Shown: in pieces, positions 37,021 to 50,006 of the stretch
Layout of the letters: the number at the start of each line of letters is the position of its first letter
How positions within the stretch are numbered: the stretch's first letter is position 1
Assembly (NCBI RefSeq): GCF_035084215.1
Contig: NC_090363.1
Location: 2,418,001-2,482,000, forward strand
From: Heptranchias perlo
Lineage: Eukaryota
Length of the DNA: 64,000 bases
Direction: 5' to 3'
Notes under the pieces: model-generated
Told to the model about the DNA's origin: nothing
The model's input: the letters and a program-made list of their open reading frames with translations, nothing else
Databases searched by the model: none
Translations under genes and position numbers: made by a program

Positions 37021-37195
37021 GGTGTAGATTTCAATTTTCCGCCAGGTGTAAAACTGGCGTTGCGGGTTTGCCGCCCATTATAGATATTGCCGGGTTGTTA
37101 TTTTCAATTAATTTTAATGGGAATGAAAACTGGACAATTTCCATCACCGGAGACTGATCGTCAACGCCAGTTTATGCGCGCCGTCAAGTTGAAAA

Positions 37196-40100
37196 CCTTA
37201 GAGTGAGGCAAGGACCCTCAGAGTGAGGCAAGGGCCCTCAGAGTGAGGCAAGGGCCCTTAGAGTGAGGCAAGGGCCCTCAGAGTGAGGCAAGGACCCTTA
37301 GAGTGAGGCAAGGGCCCTCAGAGTGAGGCAAGGACCCTTAGAGTGAGGCAAGGACCCTTAGAGTGAGGCAAGGACCCTCAGAGTGAGGCAAGGACCCTTA
37401 GAGTGAGGCAAGGACCCTTAGAGTGAGGCAAGGGCCCTCAGAGTGAGGCAAGGGCCCTTAGAGTGAGGCAAGGACCCTTAGAGTGAGGCAAGGGCCCTTA
37501 GAGTGAGGCAAGGACCCTTAGAGTGAGGCAAGGGCCCTTAGAGTGAGGCAAGGACCCTTAGAGTGAGGCAAGGACCCTTAGAGTGAGGCAAGGACCCTTA
37601 GAGTGAGGCAAGGACCCTGAGAGTGAGGCAAGGACCCTTAGAGTGAGGCAAGGGCCCTTAGAGTGAGGCAAGGACCCTTAGAGTGAGGCAAGGGCCCTTA
37701 GAGTGAGGCAAGGACCCTTAGAGTGAGGCAAGGACCCTGAGAGTGAGGCAAGGACCCTTAGAGTGAGGCAAGGACCCTTAGAGTGAGGCAAGGAACCTTA
37801 CAGTGAGGCAAGGGCCCTTAGAGTGAGGCAAGGACCCTTAGAGTGAGGCAAGGGCCCTTAGAGTGAGGCAAGGGCCCTGAGAGTGAGGCAATGACCCTTA
37901 GAGTGAGGCAAGGACCCTTAGAGTGAGGCAAGGACCCTTAGAGTGAGGCAAGGGCCCTTAGAGTGAGGCAAGGTCCCTTAGAGTGAGGCAAGGGCCCTTA
38001 GAGTGAGGCAAGGTCCCTTAGAGTGAGGCAAGGGCCCTGAGAGTGAGGCAAGGACCCTTAGAGTGAGGCAAGGACCCTTAGAGTGAGGCAAGGACCCTTA
38101 GAGTGAGGCAAGGGCCCTTAGAGAGAGGCAAGGTCCCTTAGAGTGAGGCAAGGACCCTTAGAGTGAGGCAAGGACCCTCAGAGTGAGGCAAGGGCCCTTA
38201 GAGTGAGGCAAGGGCCCTCAGAGTGAGGCAAGGGCCCTTAGAGTGAGGCAAGGTCCCTTAGAGTGAGGCAAGGACCCTTAGAGTGAGGCAAGGACCCTCA
38301 GAGTGAGGCAAGGGCCCTTAGAGTGAGGCAAGGACCCTTAGAGTGAGGCAAGGACCCTTAGAGTGAGGCAAGGACCCTTAGAGTGAGGCAAGGACCCTGA
38401 GAGTGAGGCAAGGGCCCTTAGAGTGAGGCAAGGACCCTTAGAGTGAGGCAAGGACCCTTAGAGTGAGGCAAGGACCCTTAGAGTGAGGCAAGGACCCTTA
38501 GAGTGAGGCAAGGACCCTTAGAGTGAGGCAAGGACCCTGAGAGTGAGGCAAGGACCCTTAGAGTGAGGCAAGGACCCTTAGAGTGAGGCAAGGGCCCTTA
38601 GAGTGAGGCAAGGGCCCTGAGAGTGAGGCAAGGACCCTTAGAGTGAGGCAAGGGCCCTGAGAGTGAGGCAAGGGCCCTGACAGTGAGGCAAGGACCCTTA
38701 GAGTGAGGCAAGGACCCTTAGAGTGAGGCAAGGACCCTTAGAGTGAGGCAAGGGCCCTTAGAGTGAGGCAAGGTCCCTTAGAGTGAGGCAAGGGCCCTTA
38801 GAGTGAGGCAAAGTCCCTTAGAGTGAGGCAAGGGCCCTGAGAGTGAGGCAAGGACCCTTAGAGTGAGGCAAGGACCCTTAGAGTGAGGCAAGGACCCTTA
38901 GAGTGAGGCAAGGGCCCTTAGAGTGAGGCAAGGACCCTTAGAGTGAGGCAAGGACCCTCAGAGTGAGGCAAGGGCCCTTAGAGTGAGGCAAGGGCCCTTA
39001 GAGTGAGGCAAGGGCCCTTAGAGTGAGGCAAGGTCCCTTAGAGTGAGGCAAGGACCCTTAGAGTGAGGCAAGGACCCTCAGAGTGAGGCAAGGGCCCTTA
39101 GAGTGAGGCAAGGGCCCTTAGAGTGAGGCAAGGGCCCTTAGAGTGAGGCAAGGACCCTCAGAGTGAGGCAAGAACACTTAGAGTGAGGCAAGGACACTTA
39201 GAGTGAGGCAAGGGCCCTTAGAGTGAGGCAAGGGCCCTTAGAGGGAGGCAAGGGCCCTTAGAGGGAGGCAAGGGCCCTTAGAGTGAGGCAAGGGCCCTTA
39301 GAGTGAGCAAGGGCTCTTAGAGTGAGGCAAGAACCATTAGAGTGAGGCAAGGTCCCTTAGAGTGAGGAAATGACCCTTAGAGTGAGGCAGGGGCCCTTAG
39401 AGTGAGGCAAGGGCTCTTAGAGTGAGGCAAGAACCATTAGAGTGAGGCAAGGTCCCTTAGAGTGAGGAAAGGACCCTTAGAGTGAGGCTAGGGCCCTTAG
39501 AGTGAGGCAAAGGCCCTTAGAGTGAGGAAAGGACCCTTAGAGTGAGGCTAGGGCCCTTAGAGTGAGGCTAGGGCCCTTAGAGTGAGGCAAGGACCCTTAG
39601 AGTGAGGCAAGGGCCCTTAGAGTGAGGCAAGGACCCTTAGAGTGAGGCAAGGGCCCTTAGAGTGAGGCAAGGACCCTTAGAGTGAGGCAAGGTCCCTTAG
39701 AGTGAGGCAAGGGCCCTTAGAGTGAGGCAAGGACCCTTAGAGTGAGGCAAGGGCCCTTAGAGTGAGGCAAGGGCCCTTAGAGTGAGGCAAGGGCCCTTAG
39801 AGTGAGGCAAGGGCCCTGAGAGTGAGGCAAGGTCCCTTAGAGTGAGGCAAGGGCCCTTAGAGTGAGGCAAGGTCCCTTAGAGTGAGGCAAGGGCCCTTAG
39901 AGTGAGGCAAAGGCCCTTAGAGTGAGGCAAAGGCCCTTAGAGTGAGGCAAGGGCCCTTAGAGTGAGGCAGGAGCCCTTAGAGTGAGGCAAGGGCCCTTAG
40001 AGTGAGGAAATGACCCTTAGAGTGAGGCAAGGGCCCTTAGAGTGAGGCAAGGACCCTTAGAGTGAGGCAAGGTCCCTTCGAGTGAGGCAAGGGCCCTTAG

Positions 40101-40760
40101 AATGAGGCAAGGGCCCTTAGAGTGAGGCAAGGGCCCTTAGAATGAGGCAAGGGCCCTTAGAGTGAGGCAAGGACCCTTCGAGTGAGGCAAGGGCCCTTAG
40201 AGTGAGGCAAGGGCCCTTAGAGTGAGGCAAGGGCCCTTAGAGTGAGGCAAGGGCCCTTAGAGTGAGGCAAGGGCCCTTAGAGTGAGGCAAGGACCCTTAG
40301 AGTGAGGCAAGGGCCCTTAGAGTGAGGCAAGGACCCTTAGAGTGAGGCAAGGGCCCTTAGAGTGAGGCAAGGACCCTTAGAGTGAGGCAAGGGCCCTTAG
40401 AGTGAGGCAAGGGCCCTTAGAGTGAGGCAAGGACCCTTAGAGTGAGGCAAGGGCTCTTAGAGTGAGGCAAGGACCCTTAGAGTGAGGCAAGGGCCCTTAC
40501 AGTGAGGCAAGGGCCCTTAGAGTGAGGCAAGGGCCCTTAGAGTGAGGCAAGGGCCCTTAGAGTGAGGCAAGGGCCCTTAGAGTGAGGCAAGGACCCTTAG
40601 AGTGAGGCAAGGGCCCTTAGAGTGAGGCAAGGGCCCTTAGAGTGAGGCAAGGGCCCTTAGAGTGAGGAAAGGGCCGTTAGAGTGAGGCAAGGGCCCTTCG
40701 AGTGAGGCAAGGACCCTTAGAGTGAGGAAAGGACCCTTAGAGTGAGGCATGGGCCCTTTG
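37196..40760. repeat. 20-bp minisatellite, ~178 units, consensus GAGTGAGGCAAGG(A/G/T)CCCT(T/C/G)A
   Basis: Directly visible head-to-tail array with no spacers; a single 1-nt deletion near 39307. Confidence 0.98.
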
Positions 40761-41784
40761 AGTCAGAGACAGGAATGTTGGCAGTGATGGAGGAGAATCT
40801 TCTCCTTATCTTGTAAACTGGGTTTTCGTTGATCTTCCGCTGAAATTACTGTGACAAATCAGGAAAACCCGGTGGATATTCCTGGCGATAGTAACCATGT
40901 TAAATCGTCCCTAAACTCATTGGGGTGTTTTTCAAATTGCCGTTCGGGCGTAAAATTGGCATTGCGTGTCCGCCCTCTCCCTTTCTATATAAACCACCCA
41001 ATTTAATTTTACTTGAATCCAATAGAAATGATATTCGGGCAGTTTCTATAATGGGCGGCCGATCGGAAACGCCCGTTTTACGCCCGGGCGCAAGTTGAGA
41101 ATGTGCACAATGACCCCTGTTTTATGTTTATTTGGGTAAATCCACGGTTTAGTAAAATGGTAGATCTGTGAGTATCAAGGTTCGTGCTCCTCCATTCCAG
41201 GAAACATTATATGGTCCATTTCTCTCCTTGTTGGGGGATATCATCCCTTTCAGATAGTTGCTTCACCTGTTTGGTTTTGATATTAAAGGTATGGGCCTTG
41301 AAACTATCCGAAGTGCATCCGCCCAATTTTCCTTCCACTGATTTCAATGGAAGTGGAAACAGGGTGGTTTGTAAAGCGGGCAGACAATCCGCAATGCCAG
41401 TTTCATGCCTAGGCGGCAAGCGGAAAATCGACACCCTTGTTTCCTGTTGACATGTGCTTGTATTAACATGTGATTCTGTGTCCGCAGTTATTGTTGTTAG
41501 CTGCCATGTCTCCGTTTCCATTTCGAAATCGTTTCGTTAACAGTCACAATGTGATTGCAGACTCTGGCCAGTAGGTCGCTATCTGGGGCGAGTTTGAAGT
41601 CTCGTTACCATTTTGTATGTAAATAAAACTTCTATTCATAAATTGACCAGTGCAATGCCAGAGGCAATTTACTGGTTCCAGATATGAAGATAATGCTGAA
41701 CCTGCTAGAAATCTCCAATAAAGAAGGTAATGGAAATATACTGAACCTTAACTTCTACCCGTTCTTCTTCCTCTTACATCGAGT

Positions 41785-42060
41785 TCCATCGAGTCTACAG
41801 CACAGAAACAGGCCATTCGGCCCAACTGGTCCATGCTGGTGTTTATGCTCCACATGAGCCTCCTCCCTCCCTACTTCATCTCACCCTATCAGCATATCCT
41901 TCTATTCCTTTCTCCCTCATGTGTTTATCCAGCTTCCCCTTAAATGTATTTCCGCAATTCGCCTCAACTACTCCTTGTGGTAGCGAGTTCCACATTCTCA
42001 CCACTCTCTGGGTAAAGAAGTTTCTCCTGAATTCCCTATTGGATTTATTAGTGACTATTT
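41785..42060 (-). mobile_element. CR1 3' tail fragment
   Basis: Antisense GGGCCGAATGGCCTGTTTCTGTGCTG tail and FFTQRVVRMWNSLP codons. Confidence 0.7.
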
Positions 42061-43061
42061 CTGAATGTTGACCTGTATTTTTCTTCTACAGAGTTTTTTT
42101 TATTAGACCCAGGAAGGAGTCAGTCGTAACCTATATTCTGAGATATGTAGTGCACAGATGACTTGCAGAGCGTGAGAGTGATGCATTCTGGAACGTTTGT
42201 CCACTTTGTCCTGAAATAGAGTGACAGTAGTGCACACTGGGAGCAGTAAGGGGCAAAATTGGTCTTGTGCGGTTGCCCAAATCGGGCGATGGCGAATCGG
42301 TAGCTCAGTTGATGCCCCGCTGAACTTTCTTTTGTTTTACTCTCCATCCTTTGCTTTCTGTTACCGCCCAAGTCCAATTTCGCCCCAATATCTGACACGG
42401 TGTTCCTTATAGGAAAAACCACGAGCTCAAGCCCGAAACATTCATCTTTATTTTCTATTCATAGGAATTAGCTGAGCGGCTGTCTCATCCCTGCATTGTC
42501 TGCTTGGGTTGCACGGGAAGTGAAAGGCCCCCCAACAGGAAACGTCGTTAAAGACATTTCAAAGGCACAAAAGATAACTGTGCTAGTAAGTTTAATCATT
42601 TTCTTGTGAATTTTGTAATTCTGTTTGCTATTTTAGGCCAGAAGCGTTATTTTCTGTATTAAGAACAAGAGTGAGTGAGAAAACAAGCGAGCTGGTTAAA
42701 CCATTTTCACTGCTTCACAGGCTCACTTTCTTTCATTTTTATTTGTAAGTGTTTGTTGACTGTTAAAAGTTCATTCTTGGTCAATATTCCTGTTTATTAC
42801 TTTTTGATTGTTACATTTTTTTTAACTGTTCACTCGTGATATTGTAACATTTTTGAAAATTATATTTGAGTCAATCAGATCCAAATGTAACAGACGGATG
42901 TTCAGGACGGATCCTTTGCTGGAGGTTTGATGGGTATGCTCTGCACGCAGTGGTTTTAGATATTATTACGGGGAGAAACCCCACTTCTGTGCTCCCGCTA
43001 CATGTTGGGAGTGCATATCGTAAAAGTGCGCAAACCAAGCCTAAGATATTCCTCCCATTAA

Positions 43062-44825
43062 AGTTTTTTTTATTCGTTCATGGGATGTGGGCTTCGCTGG
43101 CGAGGCCGGCATTTATTGCCCATCCCTAATTGCCCTTGAGAAGGTGGTGGTGAGCCGTCTTCTTGAACCGCTGCAGTCCGTGTGGTGAAGGTTCTCCCAC
43201 AGTGCTGTTAGGAAGGGAGTTCCAGGATTTTGACCCAGCGACGATGAAGGAACGGCGATATATTTCCAAGTCGGGATGGTGTGTGACTTGGAGGGGAACG
43301 TGCAGGTGGTGCTGTTCCCATGTGCCTGCTGCCCTTGTCCTAGGTCGTAGAGTTCGCTGGTTTGGGAGGTGCTGTCGAAGAAGCCTTGGCGAGTTGCTGC
43401 AGTACATCCTGTGGACGGTACACACTGCAGCCACAGTGCACCAGTGGTGAAGGGAGTGAATGTTTAGGGTGGTGGATGGGGTGCCAGTCAAGAGGGCTGC
43501 TTTGTCCTGGATGGTGTCGAGCTTCGTGAGTGTTGTTGGAGCTGCACTAATCCAGGCAAGTGGAGAGTATTCCATCAGACTCCTGACTTGTGCCTTGTAG
43601 ATGGTGGAAAGGCTTTGGGGAGTCAGGAGGTGAGTCACTCGCCGCAGAATACCCAGCCTCTGACCTGCTCTTGTAGCCACAGGATCTATATGGCTGGTCC
43701 AGGTAAGTTTCTGGTCAATGGTGACCCCCAGGATGTTGATGGTGGGGGATTCGGCGATGGTAATGCCATTGAATGTCAAGGGGAGGTGGTTAGACTCTCT
43801 CTTGTTGGAGATGGACATTGCCTGGCACTTGTTTGGCGCAAATGTTACTTCCACTTATCAGCCCAAGCCTGGATATTGTCCAGGTCTTGCTGCATGCGGG
43901 CACGGACTGCTTCATTATCTGAGGGGTTGCGAATGGAACTGAACACTGTGCAATCATCAGTGAACATCCCCATTTCTGACCTTATGATGGAGGGAAGGTC
44001 ATTGATGAAGCAGCTGAAGATGGTTGGGCCTAGGACACTGCCCTGAGGAACTCCTGCAGCAATGTCCTGGGGCTGAGATGATTGGCCTCCAACAACGACT
44101 ACCATCTTCTTTTGTGCTAGGTATGACTCCAGCCACTGGAGAGTTTTCCCCGATTCCCATTCACTTCAATTTTACTAGGGCTCCTTGGTGCCACACTTGG
44201 TCAAATGCTGCCTTGATGTCAAGGGCAGTCACTCTCACCTCACCTCTGGAATTCAGCACTTTTGTCCATGTTTGGACCAAGGCTGTAATGAGGTCTGGAG
44301 CCGAGTGGTCCTGGCGGAACCCAAACTGAGCATCGGTGAGCAGGTTATTGGTGAGTAAGTGTCACTTGATAGCACTGTCGACGACACCTTCCATCACTTT
44401 GCTGATGATTGAGAGTAGACTGATGGGGCGGTAATTGGCTGGATTGGATTTGTCCTGCTTTTTGTGGACAGGGCATATCTGGGCAATTTTCCAAATTGTC
44501 GGGTAGATGCCAGTCTTGTAGCTGTACTGGAATAGTTTGGCTAGAGGCGCAGCTAATTCTGGAGCACAAGTCTTCAGCACTACAGCCGGGATGTTGTCGG
44601 GACCCATAGCCTTTGCTGTATCCAGTGCACTCAGCCATTTCTTGATATCACGTGAAGTGAACCGAATTGGCTGAAGACTGGCTTCTGTGATGGTGGGGAT
44701 ATCGGGAGGAGGCCGAAATGGATCATCCACTCGGCACTTCTGGCTGAAGATGGTTGCAAACGCTTCAGCCTTGTCTTTTGCACTCACGTGCTGGACTCTG
44801 CCATCATTGAGGATGGGGATGTTTA
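43062..44825 (-). mobile_element. Zenon-like (CR1-group) LINE, RT fragment
   Basis: NYRPISLLSIISKVMEG, GVPQGSVLGP, FTDD, IYKAQVRSLMEY, frameshifted; A-rich 3' end. Confidence 0.85.
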
Positions 44826-46104
44826 CTATTTAAATGGAGATATGGAATTAATCGCCCATTTTATTCCACCTCTGGATTTCCTATCCATCGAAGTCAATGG
44901 AAGGGAAATCGGTCAGGGCGTTTAATGGGTGGTCAGTTCGATATCGTTCATTTTACACCATCGTCCTAGGTTAAAATTGCCCCCAACATGTTGAGTATTC
45001 CACCCCAACACTCACTAACTCTGGAGATTTCATCCAGACTGTCCATTTCTAATGATTTGAACACGTGGATGATAATTTTAAAATCAAGGCTTTGGGGACC
45101 TGGAGCCAATGTGGGTCAGCGAGCACAGGGCCGATGAGTGAATGGGACTTGGTGTGTGCTCGGATAGGGGCAGCAGAGTTTTGGATGAGCTCAAGTTTAT
45201 GGAGGTGAAAGTGGGATCTTCCGTGGATTTTCACACAGATAAAGCTGCTATTCCAGATACTTAATTATAAAAAATGGCGGATGATTTCAACACTGTGGGG
45301 TAGAAATTCATCAGGCGGAAGCACAAAATGGATAGTATCGAATCAGCTATTCGTCATCTGCGCAGCTGAATTAGTGGAGCCTATAACACGTGGCCCTTGC
45401 AGTAATGACCGCTTTGCATTATAGCCTAAGACAAATTTCTGCCCCTGTTTTATTGATGTTTTCCTTTTGTTGTTGTGGCACAGTCTGCAGAAACATCACC
45501 ACCTTCTCAAGGGGCAATTAGTGATGGGCAATGAATACCGGCCTTGCCAGTGACGCCCACATCCCATGAACGAATAAAAAAAACATTACACTCGAGTTTG
45601 CAAAGACGCATCAGATTCTCAACATGATCAACATTCAACCAGAAAAAAAAGGACAAGAAGAAATTTTAGAACGAGTGGAGAACAGGTTTATTTCAGTATT
45701 CCTGAAGACACTTGTCAACTATTATTAACATATGGCGATCTAACTCTGCGGAGATTCAAATGACCACGTGAGGTGTAGGAAGAGATAACAGATATCGTAA
45801 ACCAAGGTGTCTAAACCTTGAGCCACATGCAGTTCCTTAGCCCTTACAATCCGGACCATAAAGCAGAGGCACCTCAAATCTATTTTTTCTTGTATTTCTT
45901 ATTTGGTGACTTGTCCGATCTGAGTGATTGGGTCCTGCAGGTTTGCAAAGGGGCTGTGTGTAGCGTGGTGCCTCATTGAGCGAGAAAACCAAACCAGAAT
46001 ACCAAGATCTGGTAGTGACAGCAACTTGAGATGGAGACATGGATTTAAATCGCTCCCTGGGCACCCTGGTACCCAACACTGCCTCCCAACAACGACGACA
46101 GCAA

Positions 46105-46415
46105 AAGTTTGCATTTATATAGCGTCTTTAACATAATAAAATGTCCCAAGGTGCTTCACAGGAATGATTACCAGACAAAATTTGAAACGGAACCACATAA
46201 AGAGATATTAGGACAGGTAATCAAATGCTTGCTCAGAGAGGCAGCTTTTAATGAGCATCTTAAAGGAGGAGAGAGAGGCGGAGAGGTTTAGGGAGGGAAT
46301 TCCAGAACTTGGGGCCCAGGCAGCTGAATGCACGGCCGCCAGTGGGGCGATGGAAATCGGAGATGCGCAAGAGGATAGAATTGGAGGAGAGCAGAGATCT
46401 CGGAGGGCTGTAGGC
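46105..46415 (-). mobile_element. L2 3' fragment (another piece at ~45050-45210)
   Basis: GGRAFSCLGPKFWNSLPKPLRL. Confidence 0.75.
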
Positions 46416-47869
46416 CAACGTTTGGATGTCCCTGCCATAAATCATACAAACATCTTTGCTAAATTGTGAGGTGAGAACAGTTACTAATGGATTTAAATAC
46501 AATGAGGGAGAAGTGGAACAAGAAATGTCCAAACGTTACAAGATGTGCTGCACAAATTGAAGGTCACGGGATGCTCTTGCAGATTAAAGGAGCTTGTGCT
46601 CCGAATCAAACGGATGGGTTATTTTGTAGTTGTTGCCTCTTAATCAGAATAATGTTCTGGACCTCAAGGTTGAATGATAATGTTACAGCTCAGTGGGACC
46701 TTTTGTTTCAAGCGTTTAGCAACAAAGTTATAGAGTCAATGTGAGGATGGTAAATGTGCAAACCAACTGAAGGACAAAATGTTCTTTCAAACTTTATATG
46801 CTGAGAAATGTCTTTTAAAAAAAAATCCATTGTTCCGTGAGAGGAATGAGATGTAGTTGAACTTTAATGTAATAGCTGGGCAAGTAGACGTGAGACAATT
46901 TCAGTCAGTTCATCTATGAGCATCATTTATGGATTGAGCAATATGAAAACTATTTAATATGAGCACAGGGATATGTCACAGGACATTTCAACGATACGGT
47001 CAATGCCCTGAGACATACCTCTGTGCTTATATCGTTGTTCCAGGCAGACTTGAGCAGTTCAGATATAACACAAAGGGTCTGTTCTGGCCATTTTCACGTT
47101 CAATCTTCTTGTTTCTTCAGTAACCCGACCTACACGAGCACTCCACGATTACAGACACATATCATGTGTTTCTCTATCATCACTTTCCTTTACGCATTTA
47201 CGATTGTGTTACAATGTGTTGTGGTAATGTTTGTGCTGTTATGAGTTTTCCCCGGTTTACGTCAATAATTTAGATTGAATTTCTGAAAACCTTAAAATTA
47301 AAACGAATGGACAAAATCGCACATCTCCTGTTGATCATTCCAGTTGCTCTTTTTAAAGCCGTCTGACATATAAACACAATGCCATATGAAACTATACTAA
47401 AAGGTGTAATTTTCAAAGAGGGTTAACTAAGGAGGCAGGGAGTGTGGCCCTGGAGAATCATCTTGTGTCGACTAACATCATTAAATCGCATAAAATGCCG
47501 CACTCTGAGGTTTCTGATATTAGAACTGTTTTAAACCGACTTTCCTTAAAGATGGAAGAAAACATAATGCAGGGAGAACAAAAAAAAACTCCGCCCTTAT
47601 GTTACAGCAGCAGAAATTGGTGCCTGTGATGGGCAACTTTCTGCAAAAAGTTAACATCGGGTCTGATCAATGGTTTGAACGAAACGGTTCAGCCCAAAGC
47701 TGCATCAGCTGCAGTGCTTCAGACAGTTCCTCCATTCAATAGCTCAGGCCCAGTGAAGTCAGCAAGAGCTCTTGGCAGGGGTGCAGGCATTTCATCGAGA
47801 GCTTTATCCCACTACTTGCACCTACACATGCTCTTACATTGTGTGCTACATTGGCGTGTAGCAAAATGA

Positions 47870-48295
47870 AAGGAAAAGTCTTGCATTTATATAGCGCCTG
47901 TCACAACCTCAGCATGTCCCAAAGCGCTTTACAGCCAACGAATTACTGTTGAAAAGTAGTCATTGATTTAATGTAGAAAAGGCCAATCCAATTAGATTCA
48001 TAGCTAGATAATCAGTTTTAGATGTTGGTTGAGGGATAAATATTCGCCAGAGCACCGGGGAGAATTCCCCTGCTCTTCTTCGAATCGTGGCCATGGGATC
48101 TTTTACATCCACCTGAGAGGGCAGACGGGGCCTCAGTTTAACGTCTCATCCAAAAAAAAAAGCAGCTCCGACAATGCAGCACTCCCTCAGTATTACACTT
48201 GGGGTCTCGGGCTAGACTATGTGATCACGTCTCTGGAGTGGGGCTTGAATATATGATCTAACTCAGAGGCGACAGTGCTACCACTGAGCCAACGT
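47870..48295 (-). mobile_element. tRNA-derived Deu-SINE
   Basis: Reverse complement of the SINE at 28-422 (TGGCTCAGTGGTAGCAC head; GGTGGATGTAAAAGATCCCATGG core). Confidence 0.75.
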
Positions 48296-48910
48296 TAACA
48301 TTAAATGATGCCTACATTCTTGGGAAACTGTCCATACCCAAGATGTCTTTCAGCCTGGATATCTGTTGCTGCAACTAGTCCCAAATTAGACATAATAAAA
48401 TGAGTGATTTAACAGATATTTAATATTATGGTGCATCAATGCAGCAAGGAACAATTCACTCATGTCAAATCCCTTGCGGCAGCTTGAAAGGTGTCTGACG
48501 TATAGAAATTCAGGCTGTAGTTATTTTAAGGGCTACAGGTGGAGCTCTGTCAATGGTTCATTGCCTGTCCAGCTCTCACTGAATACTGCGAGCAGTACAT
48601 GCAGGACTTTAGAAACAGGTATATGCCCATATGAAGGAAAATGGGTGTTTTATTTCACGGACTGTCCTGATTGCTGTCTGCACGCCCATTCACACCAGTG
48701 TTTTCTGCCCCCGTGCTGTAAATATTAATAAGCATTCGAAACTCTCCTCATATCACAATATATATCAGTGGAGAAAGATGCTGTTGTTAACAGTAATGCA
48801 GGAAATACGTCTCAATTATCCTCAGCATTCCTCAGATGCCAACCCATCCACATAGGGAGCTAACATTTGTCTTCGGTGAGAGCACAAAACGGACTATAAC
48901 AAATCGACAA

Positions 48911-50006
48911 TAAAAAACAGAAAATGCTGGAAATACTCAGCAAGTCAGGCAGCATCTGTGGAGAGAGAAACAGAGTTAACGTTTCAGGTCGATGATCCTT
49001 TGTTAGAACTGGAAGAAGTTAAAGAGTTAACTATTTTTTACCAAGTACAGAGTCAGGGAAAGGTGGAGAGGGAGGGGAGGAAAGAACAAAAGGGAGGGTC
49101 TGTGATAGGGTGGAGGGCAGGAGCGATTAAATGATAGAAGGGAAGATGGTGCAAGGCAAGGAGGGACAAATAAAGAGACAAAAGATGGGTCTAGAGGAGC
49201 TGTAAATGGCAATCTTCCAGATGAACAGAGATTTACTTGGACTTCTTTCAATTTACTAACTGTGTTCGCCGCTCACAATGCAGTCTCCTCTACACTGGGG
49301 AGACCAAACGCAGATTGGGTGATCGATTTGCTGAACACCTCCGCTCTGTCCACAAGTGTGACCCTGACCTGCCGGTCACTTGCCATTTTAATTCCCCGTC
49401 CCATTCCCACTCTGTCCTCTCTGACCTCGGCCTCTTACACTGTTCTAATGAAGCTCAATGTAAGCTCGAGGAACAGCACCTCATCTTTCATTTAGACACT
49501 TTCCAACCTTCCGGACTCAACACTGATTTCAATAACTTCAGATCAGAACCACTGCTCCCATTTTTTCGGTCAGCAGGTGCTGGGAATGGTTCTGTTGTTA
49601 CCATTTACAGCTCCTCCTGATCAATTACAGCTCCTCCTGATCAATTACAGCTCCTCCTGATCAATTACAGCTCCTCCTGATCAATCTTTTGTCTCTTTAC
49701 TTGTCCCATTCCCACCCTCCTTGCCTTGCACCATCATCCCTTCTATCATTTAATCACTCCTGCTCTCCTCCCTATCACAGACCCTCCCTTTTGTTCTTTC
49801 CTCCCCTCCCTCTCCCCTTACCTGACTCTGCACTTGCTTAAAAACTTAAATCTTTAATTTCTACCAGTTCCGACAAAAGGCCCTTGACCTGAATCGTTAA
49901 CTCTGTTTCTTCCTCCGCAGACGCTGCCTGACTTGCTGAGTATTTCCAGCATTTTCTGTTTTTATTTCATATTTCCAGCATCCGCAGTAATTTGCTTTTG
50001 ATTTAG
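48911..50006 (+). mobile_element. Truncated Penelope-like element: GIY-YIG remnant with inverted terminal repeat and 11-bp TSD
   Basis: LYTGETKRRLGDRFAEHLRSV...HFNS...EEQHLIFHLDTFQPSGLN. 48911-49212 is the reverse complement of ~49600-49965. CAAATCGACAA flanks both ends (48900-48910 and 50007-50017). Confidence 0.85.
49605..49685. repeat. 20-bp tandem repeat x4 (TTACAGCTCCTCCTGATCAA)
   Basis: Directly visible. Confidence 0.9.

Noticed and set aside
37196-40760. CRISPR-like array
   Set aside because: Units are contiguous with no unique spacers, there are no cas genes, and the context is eukaryotic
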